A DNA stretch of 63,437 bases, filler included, from Hyphochytrium catenoides (lineage: Eukaryota > Protista > Hyphochytriomycota): assembly GCA_900088475.1 (NCBI GenBank). It is 5 parts of 5 records of this genome, joined end to end, with 100 filler letters (N's around TTAATTAATTAA, not from the genome) between each part and the next. Parts side by side here need not be neighbours in the genome. Positions count along the whole stretch, not along the records: positions 1 to 14,670 come from FLMG01004418.1; positions 14,771 to 33,870 come from FLMG01002428.1; 3 more parts are not named here. One strand, given 5' to 3'. Numbering within the stretch: position 1 is the stretch's first letter; each line of letters begins with the position of its first letter. This document shows, in pieces, positions 11,699 to 23,514 of this stretch. Under the pieces are notes generated by a model that did not search any database, was not told the DNA's origin, and saw nothing but the letters and a program-made list of their open reading frames with translations. The translations under genes were made by a program, and so were the position numbers.

Positions 11699-13832
11699 TT
11701 GAGTTGCTTACTCAATAAACCGGTAAGCGCTGTGCTCGCATCTATCAAGCGGTTGTAGCCTTGATCCCAACATCTCTCTGCGTCAAATGCAGCGGACGCG
11801 GCCATACATGAACTACCAAAAGGAGACACGCCAACTCAGTCTATCTTTTGAAGCTCCTGGTAAGGCTAATAGCTTAGGGAGCTCGAAATATTTTAGATCG
11901 ACAGCGTGAAAGTATAGGCCAATCTTGGAGCCTTCAGACGAGAAATAGTGTCTCAGCTTACATTAGCTGCATTTCCCCTCTCGAAGACGCAGAGAGTCCG
12001 AAAGAAAAGAACTAGCTTTGCCGCCCAAGAGTGTGGAATCGCGGGGAAGAGGGGCGGACAGGAGGCGTGGAGATTGGAGGCTCCAGGCAAGGAAGGTTGA
12101 GGAGAAGGCAGGTTTTTCAGCTGAGGAGTGATGATTGAGGAACATAGCGACAGCCATTTCCTTCTTGGAGATGAGGTCTAATGGCCTTAGGCTTTCCAGA
12201 GTACAAGAAAGAGACAGAGCGCATACGAGCGCCTGCATCGCTGCCGAATAAGAGTCTGACCTTGTGTACATGCGTGTATGTGGCCTAACAAACAAGGAAG
12301 GGAGAGCTCAAGGACGAACGAGAAGGTACCAGTGCGGAGTGCAGGAGGAGTGGATCAGAGACTTGACGGCCGAGTAGCAAGAGCGAGAAAGGCAGGGCAG
12401 GGCAGAGAGAGAGAGAGAGAGAGAGCGTGTCAAGAGCAAGGTGGCTGTCTGTCTCTGCAAAACTTCTGTATATATCTTAGGGGACAATGATGTGAGAAGA
12501 CATGGGCCCATCAACCTTTCGCCTCCACCATGAAGAAGCCAGTCAAAACGCAGTAGAAACGTCTCTGGCACGACCCAAAACATTTATGTCTCGGGTTACA
12601 CAGCTGTTTTATTCAACCATGACTCAAATTACTCGGATAAATTGTATTCGAGTCTCACCGATTGGATGGGCTTGAATATTACTATCGATATAGTTCATTC
12701 TAGCGATATAATGAAGGGAGCTCTTTACTGTATTATTACTGTGTGGGATCAGGTACACTTCCAGTCTTCCGTCTTCTAGGAGGCAGCGCTTTAGTTTGAA
12801 CTAGGAGGGCACAGGTAAGAACTAGACTTTCCTAGTCTTTTTAGGTTTAGGAAGAGACGATTATCCTAGTTCTAACTGGACCGTTCTAGGTGCGGAACGA
12901 ATAGTTCTGTAAGTACTACGAGGCTAGGAGGAACATCCCTTATCACTGTTATCAGTGGATAGCAGGAGAGGTGAGTGGCAGTGCAGTGTACAGTGGTAGA
13001 GTAACAGTCTTTTATCATTGTCCTGCGCACTCCCCCTGCCGCCCTCCTGCGGTCGCTTCAGTCTTCATCATCAGTCACCATCATGATCACCAGCATCATC
13101 ACTTCATTTGTCCACGGAGGCATATCGGTTAGGGTTAGTAGGGTGGTTAGGGTTAATCTTCAGTGTATGCGATTGCTGTGGGAAGGATAGCTTTCGGTGG
13201 TTTTGTTTCTCCTGAGCAGCACAAAGGAGCTCAGTTTGCCCAGCTTCTTTCTACATACTGTAGGACCACTCTCCACTTATTCCTAACTCTCCATTGCTCT
13301 TCATCTGCGCCATGATGCTCATCACGTTCAGCCGAAGCAATATGCAGAGCAACAATAACAGGCGACGGCATCATCCCCTTACATTGACGTGAAGTGGTCC
13401 CTAGGGTGAGTTGTAGATGGGTGCAAAAGGCAACTAAAAGGGCGGCGTTGGGTTACACCTTGTTGCGTTCCCTGCTTGCGGTCTATCAAGTTTTGCTGCT
13501 CGTTCTCCTTTGCCGTCACCGGATCGAATCTGCTATGTTTCTCCTATTCATTGACAGTGTAACGCCGCCAAACGATTAACGATGTTAATATGAATGGTGA
13601 CATAGTGACATAGCCCACTTCGCTCTGTGGTGCCCTTGCAGCAGAGAAAAAAAGAAGAGTTGAACGCCGCATGAGTGTGCCTCTATATTTGGAGTAACTT
13701 AGTGAGGGACAAGCTAAGCAACATTATAGATTAGCACTTAGCGAACTACAGAACATAACCTGTTTCTAAAAGACAAGTTGAAAAGAGAGAAACGGGAGTA
13801 AGTCCCAGCAAAAGTGTAAGGAAGGATGCCCG

Positions 13833-14670
13833 TTAGGCCAGAACTTCCTGGATCTCGCATGCCAGGCCTTTGTAGCCCTCAAAGCACTCACAATCCCCAG
13901 TGTCAGCTGCACAGTATCCTCTGCCAGAGCATGGGATACTCTCTGTCAGGGGATGATACTTGACAGACCACGATGGAGACACTTCAAAGGTCTCCCCTAC
14001 CATTTGGTGACTGCCCTCATAATCCGTAAAGTCTGACGTGACGAGAATACCCTTGCTAGCTGGATGATAGCCGGCGCCTCGGACCGAGACATCCACATAT
14101 AGTGGCTTCTGAAGACCAGTGGTGCCTGGGGTTTGAGGAAAATGAACAGTGAACAGACACTGTTGTTTGTTTTCCTTGTTTACAAGGAAACTTGAACCTT
14201 CGCCTTCTTCGTTCACATGGGAGTTAGGATTTCTATCGAACGCATAGAACGCATCCACACTTTTTACGGTTAAGCCCGTAGCTAATTGGCCGTGAGGGAT
14301 TGCTCGTAGGGCGTCTTGAAGCTCCTCGGCAGCAGCGCTACATTTTATCTTTTCGGTCGCACCATCTTGAACCAAAGTGACTGCTTGAGTGGTCCAGTCA
14401 CCGCCATAGGGATCAAAGTATGTGACCACAAATTCAGAGCTTGCCGCCAATGGGTAATCAGTTCCTTTATAGGTCATTCCATGGTAACGAATGCCTACCC
14501 GAAGCCCTTGAACTTGGTTAGTCTGACGAATCGGACCCTTCGGACCGATGTACACGGTTGTTAAGGGATCATCACCATGCGGGCAGAGTCGATCTTGACA
14601 TGCCGCGCCAGTCCATCCCCTATCGCATGCGCAGACCATAGTCTTCTGCCGTTCCCAGAGGTCGTACTTA
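13833..14670 (-). CDS. EGF/tenascin-repeat protein of the stramenopile tubular mastigoneme family (Sig1/Ocm1-like), 5'-truncated at contig end
   Basis: YDLWERQKTMVCACDRGWTGAACQDRLCPHGDDPLTT and C-terminal PCSGRGYCAADTGDCECFEGYKGLACEIQEVLA* match the layout I know for Sig1/Ocm1 proteins. The frame is open up to the linker. Confidence 0.8.
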
Positions 14671-14770
14671 NNNNNNNNNNNNNNNNNNNNNNNNNNNNNN
14701 NNNNNNNNNNNNNNTTAATTAATTAANNNNNNNNNNNNNNNNNNNNNNNNNNNNNNNNNNNNNNNNNNNN
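14671..14770. other. Artificial contig linker (N-TTAATTAATTAA-N)
   Basis: 100-nt spacer with a core that has stops in all frames; the same structure occurs four times in the window. Confidence 0.98.
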
Positions 14771-15539
14771 TCGGCTCTGCTGTGGGGCGGCTAACCTTCA
14801 GCATCAACGTCGGCCTCTGCCTCTCGATCCGTCCACCTCTTCCTCTCTGCTCTCTCTCTGGCTCTCTCTTCCTACAGAGGAACAGTTTTGATCACTCCTC
14901 CGACTCAATCCTTGAACCTGGAGAGAGGATACACGAGACAGAGGAGAGATTCCAGGGGCAAAAGGGCAGCATTAGGAAGCGGAGAGATATGTAGGACCAG
15001 GAGATAGGGGGAGGGATGTCAGGTCGTTTGCTTTCCTCTCCGTCTCCTCTCCTTTCCTGCCACTCATTGAGAGAGGAAATACATGTCCCCGCTCGAAAGG
15101 ACCAAAGAGACAGAGAGGACCGCAACAGTCATGCGGGTTCAGGATAAAGGGTATATTTGAGAGGTTATTAGGGATTATCACAGGAAGGTTAGGACATCAT
15201 GCTTTCATCATCAGCTCCCGTCTCATGATCTGTCACTCTCGCCTAGCGGTTGGTAATATTACGCTTTCCAAGTGAGCATTAATCCTCTACTCTATGGCCT
15301 GAGACCGTCCTTTACGATTCTCCGAAGCGTCAACCATACAAGGGAAGCTCTGCTTCGTTGCCGCTTTGGACAGGCAGTCCACACCCTGCTCTGGGGCCGG
15401 AGCTCGAGCTGGACCCGAGACCAAATGAGCAATACTATAGGAGTGTAATAATATAGATAGACTCCTTTAATTCGGGACCTGTATTCGGGACATTCACTAG
15501 GGTACTTGTACTTGTACGTGTACTTTGTACTTGAGGTAT

Positions 15540-15621
15540 TTGGACTTGGACTTGGACTTGGACTTGGACTTGGACTTGGACTTGGACTTGGACTTGGACT
15601 TGGACTTGGACTTGGACTTGG
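15540..15621. repeat. (TTGGAC)n hexanucleotide microsatellite, about 13 units
   Basis: Perfect tandem array, preceded by degenerate gtactt units from ~15503. Confidence 0.95.
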
Positions 15622-16369
15622 TCGAGATGAGATTGGAAGAGTCAGAGATCGGAGAGTTGAGCTCTGATGTGAGATGTGAGACCTGCCAGCAGCAGCAGCA
15701 GCGGCAGATCCGCAGGCGAAGCTTATGATACAGAGAAAGATACACTCTACTAAGAAAGTGCTGGGCTTCACACTGGCCATCATGAGTTGAACCCCTTCCC
15801 AGAGAAGCTGCTACCCAGCGCAACTTTCCACTCTCCCATAACGGGCCTGCAGGTAGCTTGGGCAGCACTGAAGCTCCAGGAAGTGCCTAGACCTATGAAT
15901 GGTCGATCTGCCCTTCGTTGTGGGTGCTTTATTTACTAATCTATCACTCTCTGCAACTGCCCATAGTCTGGGTGTTCGTCTGATATGAGATGACATAGAT
16001 TAGACCGGCCTTCATGCGAGTGAACCCTTCTTCTGAGTTCAGAGAAGCAGGGAGCCCTATTTTTATGCATTCTCGCTTATGAAGAATCAATGCTGGTCTG
16101 CTCGCACCATCTTAGGATTTCACTATTTCAATACATCCCGTCTTTCTTTTCCTGACACTATCTATGCCTTGAGGATGGGTTGGAACGGTGATAAAGGAAG
16201 AACTTCCACCATTCTCCTAGCTAGTTCCTTTCCCTTCTTGCCGTCGTTTTCCCAGTCTCTCTCTCCTGTCTTCAAGCATCTTTCCGCGCTCAACTCTTCA
16301 GCGGCCTAACCTGCTTTGGGGGCCAGCCATAACAACTCCATTAGGCTGGGCCCCTGCGAAGAAAGTTCT

Positions 16370-17980
16370 TTAAGCAGTGACGGGGCCGCAATTGGCGGGG
16401 TCACTGAGGTGAGTCCCAACTGGCGGTAGCTGCTGGGTCAGAGAGATCCAAGACCCTGCATCGCAGTCGCACATGTACGGGCCAGCATTAGGGGGTTGGT
16501 TTCGTCTCTCTCCAGGAAAGGGCCCAGCAGGCTCTGTGTCCCCTTCTTGCGGACAAAACGTAATCTTAAGGCTTCCTCGTGCCGCTACGCCGTTATAATC
16601 AGGGTTGTAAATGTTCTTGACCGCCGTGTCGCATATGTAGTAGGCATCATGGCAGTTAACATGTGTGCAGACAGGCGCATGTGTGCCTGAAGAGGCTCCA
16701 CCGGCCATCCGGTGCTCAATCTTGGCTCCATAGTTAAAGCCCTTCACTTTGCTGATATCGTACCAATATTGACCGCCTTCAACGTTTACCTCCGCTAACG
16801 TCCGGGCAGCCTGGTTCCTACCTGGATAGCCGGTGAGAGATAGCCAGAAGGCCTTACTAAGGCCGTCGATTAGCGTTCTACTAGAGCAGAACTTCCCGTT
16901 CAGACACTGAGAAGGGACAGGAGCGACGTCATTGCCTGCGCCGCCGTAAGAGCCGTAGTAGACTGTCAGGTCGCTGCCGCAATTGTTGACAACTGTGATG
17001 CCTTCCTGCCATGGCTGAGGGGTGGGGGCAGGAGTAGGCGCGGGAGTTGGAGCAGGAGTAGGCGCAGGCGTTGGCGCAGGGGTAGGAGATGGTGTCGGAG
17101 CAGGAGTACGGGTAAAAGCACTTTCCTGCGAAGGCGTTAAGGTTGGAGTAGAAGAAGTATTGTTCGACCCAGACGGAGATTGAGACTCGGTTGAGTGGTT
17201 GTTCCCTGTCGAAGGGGCCACAATGTCCTCTGACTCCACACAATTTGAAGGGAAAGTTTCTTTGGAGCACTTGTCCGGCGTTTCCTTCAGGCATATGAAA
17301 GCAGATGAAGAGCAGCAACGCGCAGCTCCTGCCCTATAGTCCTGGCAGGTGCGAGGCTTTAGGCAAAACCATCGGGTAAAAATGGAGGCTCCGGCTCCCT
17401 CTGCGTCTGGATCCTGACAATACCAGCTGTACCCAGTATTGCAAGTAGGAGGGGCGAGGTTAACATCGCACTCGCTGTAAGAAGAGGCCGCAATACACTG
17501 TCCTTCCTCGCTCTCACTCAGGCAACACTCTACTTCTCTCCTATCCTCCTCCTTGCAACTGCTTTCTGTCATCAGGCACGCTTCCGCCGTCCAGCGATCG
17601 GTGGTTTCTGCCCCTTTGCACTTCCACGTGCCTTTTATGCTGGCAGTCTGGCCGTCTGGATTGGTGTTCCCGGAGAGAGGAATCGGACCGTTCTGCGCCA
17701 AATTCCCAGCGTCAGAGCTACTATCACCTCCACCACCGACAGTGACATAGAGAACCAAGGCAAGCCCAACGACCATCACGCCCCCGACAGCTCCCCAATA
17801 GAGAATTTTACGCCGCCGGCTCCGTGCACTTGGTCTTTCAAGGTCAGCATCGTCCCCATCAAGGGCGTTAGGGAAGGGCTGAACCACGACTCCATAGTAG
17901 TTCAATGTACTGCTTGGCTCATCTCTGGAGGAGATGGAGCCTGAGCTGCTTTTGCGCCTCTGATTTGTAGAGCTCTGCAT
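16370..17980 (-). CDS. Type II membrane protein: two Cys-rich repeats, Pro/Thr stalk and C-terminal thaumatin-like domain
   Basis: Single 536-aa ORF with RRRK followed by a TM segment (ILYWGAVGGVMVVGLALVLYVTV), a (PTPA)n linker and thaumatin motifs ITVVNNC, TLAE, WYDISKVKGFN, CHDAY and LKITFCP. Confidence 0.85.
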   Translation of the reverse strand: MQSSTNQRRKSSSGSISSRDEPSSTLNYYGVVVQPFPNALDGDDADLERPSARSRRRKILYWGAVGGVMVVGLALVLYVTVGGGGDSSSDAGNLAQNGPIPLSGNTNPDGQTASIKGTWKCKGAETTDRWTAEACLMTESSCKEEDRREVECCLSESEEGQCIAASSYSECDVNLAPPTCNTGYSWYCQDPDAEGAGASIFTRWFCLKPRTCQDYRAGAARCCSSSAFICLKETPDKCSKETFPSNCVESEDIVAPSTGNNHSTESQSPSGSNNTSSTPTLTPSQESAFTRTPAPTPSPTPAPTPAPTPAPTPAPTPAPTPQPWQEGITVVNNCGSDLTVYYGSYGGAGNDVAPVPSQCLNGKFCSSRTLIDGLSKAFWLSLTGYPGRNQAARTLAEVNVEGGQYWYDISKVKGFNYGAKIEHRMAGGASSGTHAPVCTHVNCHDAYYICDTAVKNIYNPDYNGVAARGSLKITFCPQEGDTEPAGPFPGERRNQPPNAGPYMCDCDAGSWISLTQQLPPVGTHLSDPANCGPVTA

Positions 17981-19525
17981 GTTAGAACGGGACGGAAATT
18001 AATGGAAAGCAAGCTCCTCTTCTAAAGGCCTTCTTACGTGCTAGGAGGGATTGAGACGCCAAGGGAAAGGCGAGAGATGAGAAAGATGATGAAGAGCTTC
18101 TCGTGCTTGAATAGCATTTGCAGCTGAGACTGCAGTAAGCTCCACCCTGAGTGAAGGCCAATCAAGGACTTAGCGACACAGGGAGAACAGACACATCGAA
18201 ACCCTCACAATGCCAGAGTAGGTGGAGACGCAAATAGATGAACACCAACAGAGACAGGCAGCGTATGTTCTGGACCCATCCTCCCATGACTAAGTGAGGA
18301 ATACTGAGGTACAGGTGATAATAATGAGGGTCGCACCGCAGTGCAACCTAATGAGGAAGGATGAGGAGCTTCAAGATAAGGGAGGGGAGGACATGAAGAC
18401 AGCTGGAGGGGCAAATGGAGTAGGAACAAAGAGAGGGGCAGTCAGCGTAAGAGAGGAGGCCCACGGCGTGTGGTCAGGGAAGCGATGGGCGGTGCTGTGA
18501 GGCTGCAAAGCATGTCTATCCTCTGTCACGGCACAGGCGCCACTGAGAGCTAGGGTTGACTTGAGAGTGCACCGATGGGCTGCCGACATAATAACCGCCC
18601 CCAGTGATATGTCTCCATGCGGCCGGTCAGGATCAGCCAATAGCGTATCGCCGCTAGCCGCTTTGAGGCTTCTTATTGGCTATCGACGACTAGCTCTCTT
18701 AAGCCCTGCGTTTCTATTGGCTAGATCCGTTTTCAAATCCCCATCCTTGTCTCTGCTCTAAATATAGTTCTAGATGTATAGATGTATCACTGGGCTAACA
18801 AGAACCACTGTATCTAAAACCTACCTACCTAATATTAGGCGTTAGTGTACAAGTCAGCGGTACTTGTACAAGTGCTTCACCCTGGTTCTTTATCACCGTC
18901 CAAGCCATTGTAATTATGATGAAGAGCAAACAGGCATGAATCCCTAGCAACTACTCCATAAAGGTCTTTCCTAGTCCGGTCCAGGCATCATGATAGATCC
19001 AACTCTTCAGGAAGCTCTGAGCACAGCCGCTTTCCAGACATGCTAAGGTAGTGCTAATAACCCAGCCTAAGAAGCGTAAAGCGGGTATGTCAGCTCGGCA
19101 GCTCGGGCCTCGATATACATATATATATATGTCGTCCTGCACGACGATAGTAGATTGTTGGTCAACCAATGAGAAGAGCGAAGGACAATCATCATCAATC
19201 AGACAGCAAACTTGCTGGTTGGGGCATGTCGGTCTCTCCATTTGCTGGGCAGGCAAGGATGGCTGCTGGACTTACGCTGCTGCAAGATCTCAAGTCAATT
19301 ATAGGATCTGCATCCAGGGGTGTCCGGATGTGACGGTAGAGGCTTCACAAAGAATTGACAGACACAAAATGACCACTTAATTGTTCTTTAAAAACTCTCT
19401 CGCCACTAGCAGAAGTCCGCATGTCCTTTTGTCGACTAGGCAACCCTATGGAAAATACTAAAAACTGCCCGTAAACAATCTAAATCGGTCCTCGCCACCG
19501 AAGAGCCACATGTCACGCAAAATGC

Positions 19526-19939
19526 TTAGGCAGAGGGGTTGGCAGGGTTGTTAGCAATGCACTGAAGAGCATCGCCGCCCTCCATGATGCACTTGCCCTG
19601 GTTAGGGGTAAGGGTAAGGTCAGGGAAGATGGTGGAACCGTAGACCTTGCCGCAAACTGGGAGGGCGCCGCAGTACGCGTAGCAGGTGGCGGCATCAGCG
19701 CCATCGAACTTGAACTCCTCGTCGCCAGGGCAGCTCAGGCAGACATCACGGCCGAGGACAGTGAATGTTGCGTCGCAAGCATCGGTAGGAGCTCCAGCCT
19801 CAAGAATCTCAATCCTTCCAGAGCAGTCAGTGTTGATGGGAGTGTTAGGCTCGCAGGTGGCAGCCAGCCCACGGAAAGGGGAGGCCTCAACGGAGAGGGC
19901 AGCGCCGATAAGAAGAGCGGTGGCAGCGATGAACTTCAT
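19526..19939 (-). CDS. Small secreted Cys-rich protein (137 aa), unknown family
   Basis: Signal peptide MKFIAATALLIGAALSVEA, 10 Cys in the mature part, and a Cys pattern shared with the gene at 23515. Confidence 0.85.
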   Translation of the reverse strand: MKFIAATALLIGAALSVEASPFRGLAATCEPNTPINTDCSGRIEILEAGAPTDACDATFTVLGRDVCLSCPGDEEFKFDGADAATCYAYCGALPVCGKVYGSTIFPDLTLTPNQGKCIMEGGDALQCIANNPANPSA

Positions 19940-20696
19940 GGTTGGTTGTTGGGGTTGGGGATGTAGCTAATTAAGCTTGAGAGCTGGCTGGCTGGCTGGC
20001 TGTTGGGTTGTCTGGAAGCTGGGAAGTTGATGAGTGAGATACTGTGGGGCAGAGGTCAGTGCTTGACCTAGTTGAAGGGCAAGATCTCTCACCAATCCCT
20101 GTTGCTCGTGTCTCTTCCTCCTTGAGAACTCAGTGCACTCTCCCTTCCTTCAGCACACTGTACTTCTACATCTCGCACGCTGCTCTCTCTCTGATGTTCT
20201 CATCCTCTCCCCTTACATGGAGCTGGTTGTCACCTTTCTCTTCCTCTGCATCTTATCGAACACTCTCTCTCTCATCTCTCTCGCAGTGAAAGGATCGCTG
20301 ACATAATAACAGTACCCGTAAGCATGCTCTCTGCGCGAGAGTGCTGGTGAGGTGACGTCCTGGGCGCCGCATGGTGATGAGCTTGCAGCCATTTTGATCG
20401 AGGTGGCCTGCCAAGGAGGGAAAGGTGTCGGACACACATCATCACCCACTCCTTGACAAACACTGTTTCGTTACACGCTGAGGAAAGCAGCCGTAGGGCA
20501 ATCACAATCACGTTCAGGCAACCTCGCAGCACTGCTGTCCGACGAAGAACACGGTACAAACTGAGGCCATCTGTCTCTATCCCCTTCTCATCGTTATATC
20601 CGTTAGATGAAATGAATACCGTCACTTTCTACTGATGAATCTTTATTTCACTCTCTCACTCTGATCCTCTTGCTCTCTCTCTTTCTCTTTCTCTCC

Positions 20697-20728
<32 letters not shown>

Positions 20729-23514
20729 TCCTCAATCATAGACCTCACAGCATCGTAAGCGTCTAAAAGCAAGTTGGTTCCATGATGTCCATCAGAACCC
20801 TACAATTCTACTCGGGAATTTCCGCCATTCGGCCTGTTAGTGCGTTGGCAGGGCGGCTCCCCGTGTCACAATCAAGCTGTACCTTGCGGTACGAGTCATA
20901 GCAACTAGCACAAAGCTGTTTCTCTTTCATTACCCCTAGTGGTTATCGGAAAGGGAAGATAATTGTATGGCGAGAAGATGAGACTACTACGTTCTTCTTC
21001 CCTCTTCTGGCCTACCCATCTGCTACTACTGTTGCCTTCCCTCGCCTTGAAGATGGCGAATAATACTTGCCCTGCAAGCAAACATCAGCAAGCTCATTTG
21101 CAAGGAATCATCTTCCTACCGAATCTTCACACTGAGAGAGTAAGAAACATCGTTGTTGCATACAATTACTCTGCTAGACCTTGCAACAACAATAAAGCAG
21201 AAAAGCAAGAAGAAAGTGGGACGATGAAATATCAGTTGAAGTTCACAATGTGCATGATGACTCTCTTTTTGTGCTGACGAAACCTTTCTCAGCACTATTT
21301 GACAAGAAGCAACAGAAATGTGAACAAAAACGGAGCACCTATCACTTGCCTCAGGATGGGGAAGGACGCCAGACTTCAGTTGCGTCCAAACTCTTCTCAC
21401 TCTTGTACGGGTACGCGAGTATGTTATCTACAGAGAAGTAGAGAGTGCACAGGAGGGCGGCGGCTTCTTCATGGCGGTTCCCGGTTTATTTTTCTGCGGG
21501 AAGGCAAAGGAGTCAACTCACTCTATGGCTTGAGCTGTCGTGAGCGTGTCATCGGGCAGAAGAGTTATTCTTCTGTCCGACAGATGAGGCGGCGGAGCTT
21601 CAACTGCGGCATGGCCAAAGCGCTCCGCTCCGCAGCCAGCGCGCCAACCGGACCAATAATAACAACAGCAATCCTGTTACCACGCTTGGAAGCCTTGTCG
21701 AACCGGTATATTCGTGCTAATGCCAGTAAGCGGTGAGATACTTGGACAGGTGGCTGCACAAAGGTTTTGTTTTCGGCTAAAGAAGTTCTATCTTCGGTCT
21801 AAATCCCTTTTTCTGGGAACCCACCCTCGCTGTTCCTCTTCAACTGCAGCTCAGGGCCGGCCCCCCAGGGTCAATGGGCGGCTAATGTGTAGAACATAGC
21901 TCCCAATGAACGCTAAATAATCAGCGTTCCTCGGTCTATGATTGGGTCAGCTTGGTCTGCAGCTGTGCGCTGATCGGGCTTGACACTCTCCGCGTCACCG
22001 CGGCCTGGATCCTGGGAAAGGCTAGAGATATCTTTGTTTCTGTGATATCTTTGTTTCACACACTGAAGAAGGAGCTCCATCATCGTCTGCCAGCCTCGGT
22101 CATCGTCTTACCCTCCTAGCTAGCCCAGGCCGAGGGTGAGGGCGAGGCCCGGGCTGCCTTTCAGAAGGAGATGAAGGAAGAGTTGAGGGGCAAGCTAGTG
22201 CCGCACAGAATCGTCGTCCTCACCCCTACCCATTCCTACCCACGAACAATAAGCGCCAATGCTTCTTTTATATTCTACAGCTGTAAGCAGAAAGAAGTTC
22301 CCACCAGACGGAGCTGCCAGTTGAAGAATCATGGTTGTTGATGAGTAGCGGTAAGTACGTCCAACCCAAAGGAAGGCTGAGGCAAGTGATGACTGTCCAA
22401 AAGGTGACCAGAGCAGTGTCAGCGTATCATTGGACGTCTTGGCTTCAACAGTTATTACATCTTCTCTCTCAGCTTCCTTCCTATGTGCTCAAGCAGACCC
22501 AACCCAAAGCTTCATTAATGGCGGCTTTGACAGCAATGCCAGCGTCATTTTATGTTGATACGAATCCTCACTGCAGCCTCCTGCTCTCTAAAGAACCCAA
22601 GTCTCTACAAGGGAATCATTGTTCCCATCTCTCTCTCAATCCTGCATTATTATCTTCCTTACCCCTGTCTTCACCCTGCAGTACGCTGGCTTACTAATAA
22701 TGTGATAGTGTGAAGATTGCGAGGGGAGGTAAGTAGGTAGAGTTGGGTTGGTCAATGATCTGGGGCCTACGATGATGACTTCCAATAGCATTATAATAAC
22801 AGTGCAACGCAGGTACACAGGGTAAATAATGCCCTTGCCCTCTCTCTGCCTTCTCCCTTGTTGTCCGTTTGCCTGCTTGTATGGCCAGTTACGAGGAACT
22901 AGAAAATAGATGAACTAGTGAGGAGGAGTAGCACTATGTGTGCTGCAGTGAGCAATAGAATTAATAGTGCTTGCCGCGCGTAGCTCCTAATATTTGCGTG
23001 GGTCACAGGGAGAGAGAAGGGGTAGCATTTGGACGCAGGCTTCACTTAGGCTGGATAGCAGAGAGCAGGGGCACTGATGTTTGAAGAGAGGGAAATGAAA
23101 ATTTGAGAGGCAGAAAGAAGAATAGCAGCAGCGACTTGGGTTCAAAGAGGATCATTAAAAGTGGGCACAGAGAGAGAGATGATGATGATGACGAGTTATA
23201 GGTGCTTTTGGTGTCTGTTCTCTCCAAGCCTTGCACTGCAGAGGGAAGAAGCAGATCGCCCTACTCCGATTGACTTCGCATCAATATTCTCACATAAACG
23301 ATCACGTACCTCCCATATTTGAGCCTCAGCAATCCTCCCTGCGTCTCTTCCTGAGCAGCCAGTACCTGAAAGTGTAGAAGATATCTTCTGATAATTCTTG
23401 TACAAGGGAGTCTGCTAGCCCCTGCTAGCAGTACCTTGATTGCGGCTCAGATCCCAAACTGCAGTCTTCCCAGCAGCCAGCAAGTGCAGGCTGTCGAAGG
23501 TTAGTTATTTGAAG

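Noticed and set aside
13129-13156. Telomere (TTAGGG) array
   Set aside because: Only two or three interrupted units in an internal position.
14715-14726. Palindromic TTAATTAATTAA recurring four times as a biological motif
   Set aside because: It is always centred in a 100-nt N spacer, so it is an assembly concatenation linker.
15292-15868. ORFs with (SP)n, (SK)n or (DL)n repeats
   Set aside because: These are translations of the TTGGAC microsatellite; the flanks have no coding signature.
18634-18724. Cluster of three CCAAT/ATTGG motifs as a promoter or MITE
   Set aside because: There is no transcript evidence, second copy or defined termini in the window, so it cannot be supported.
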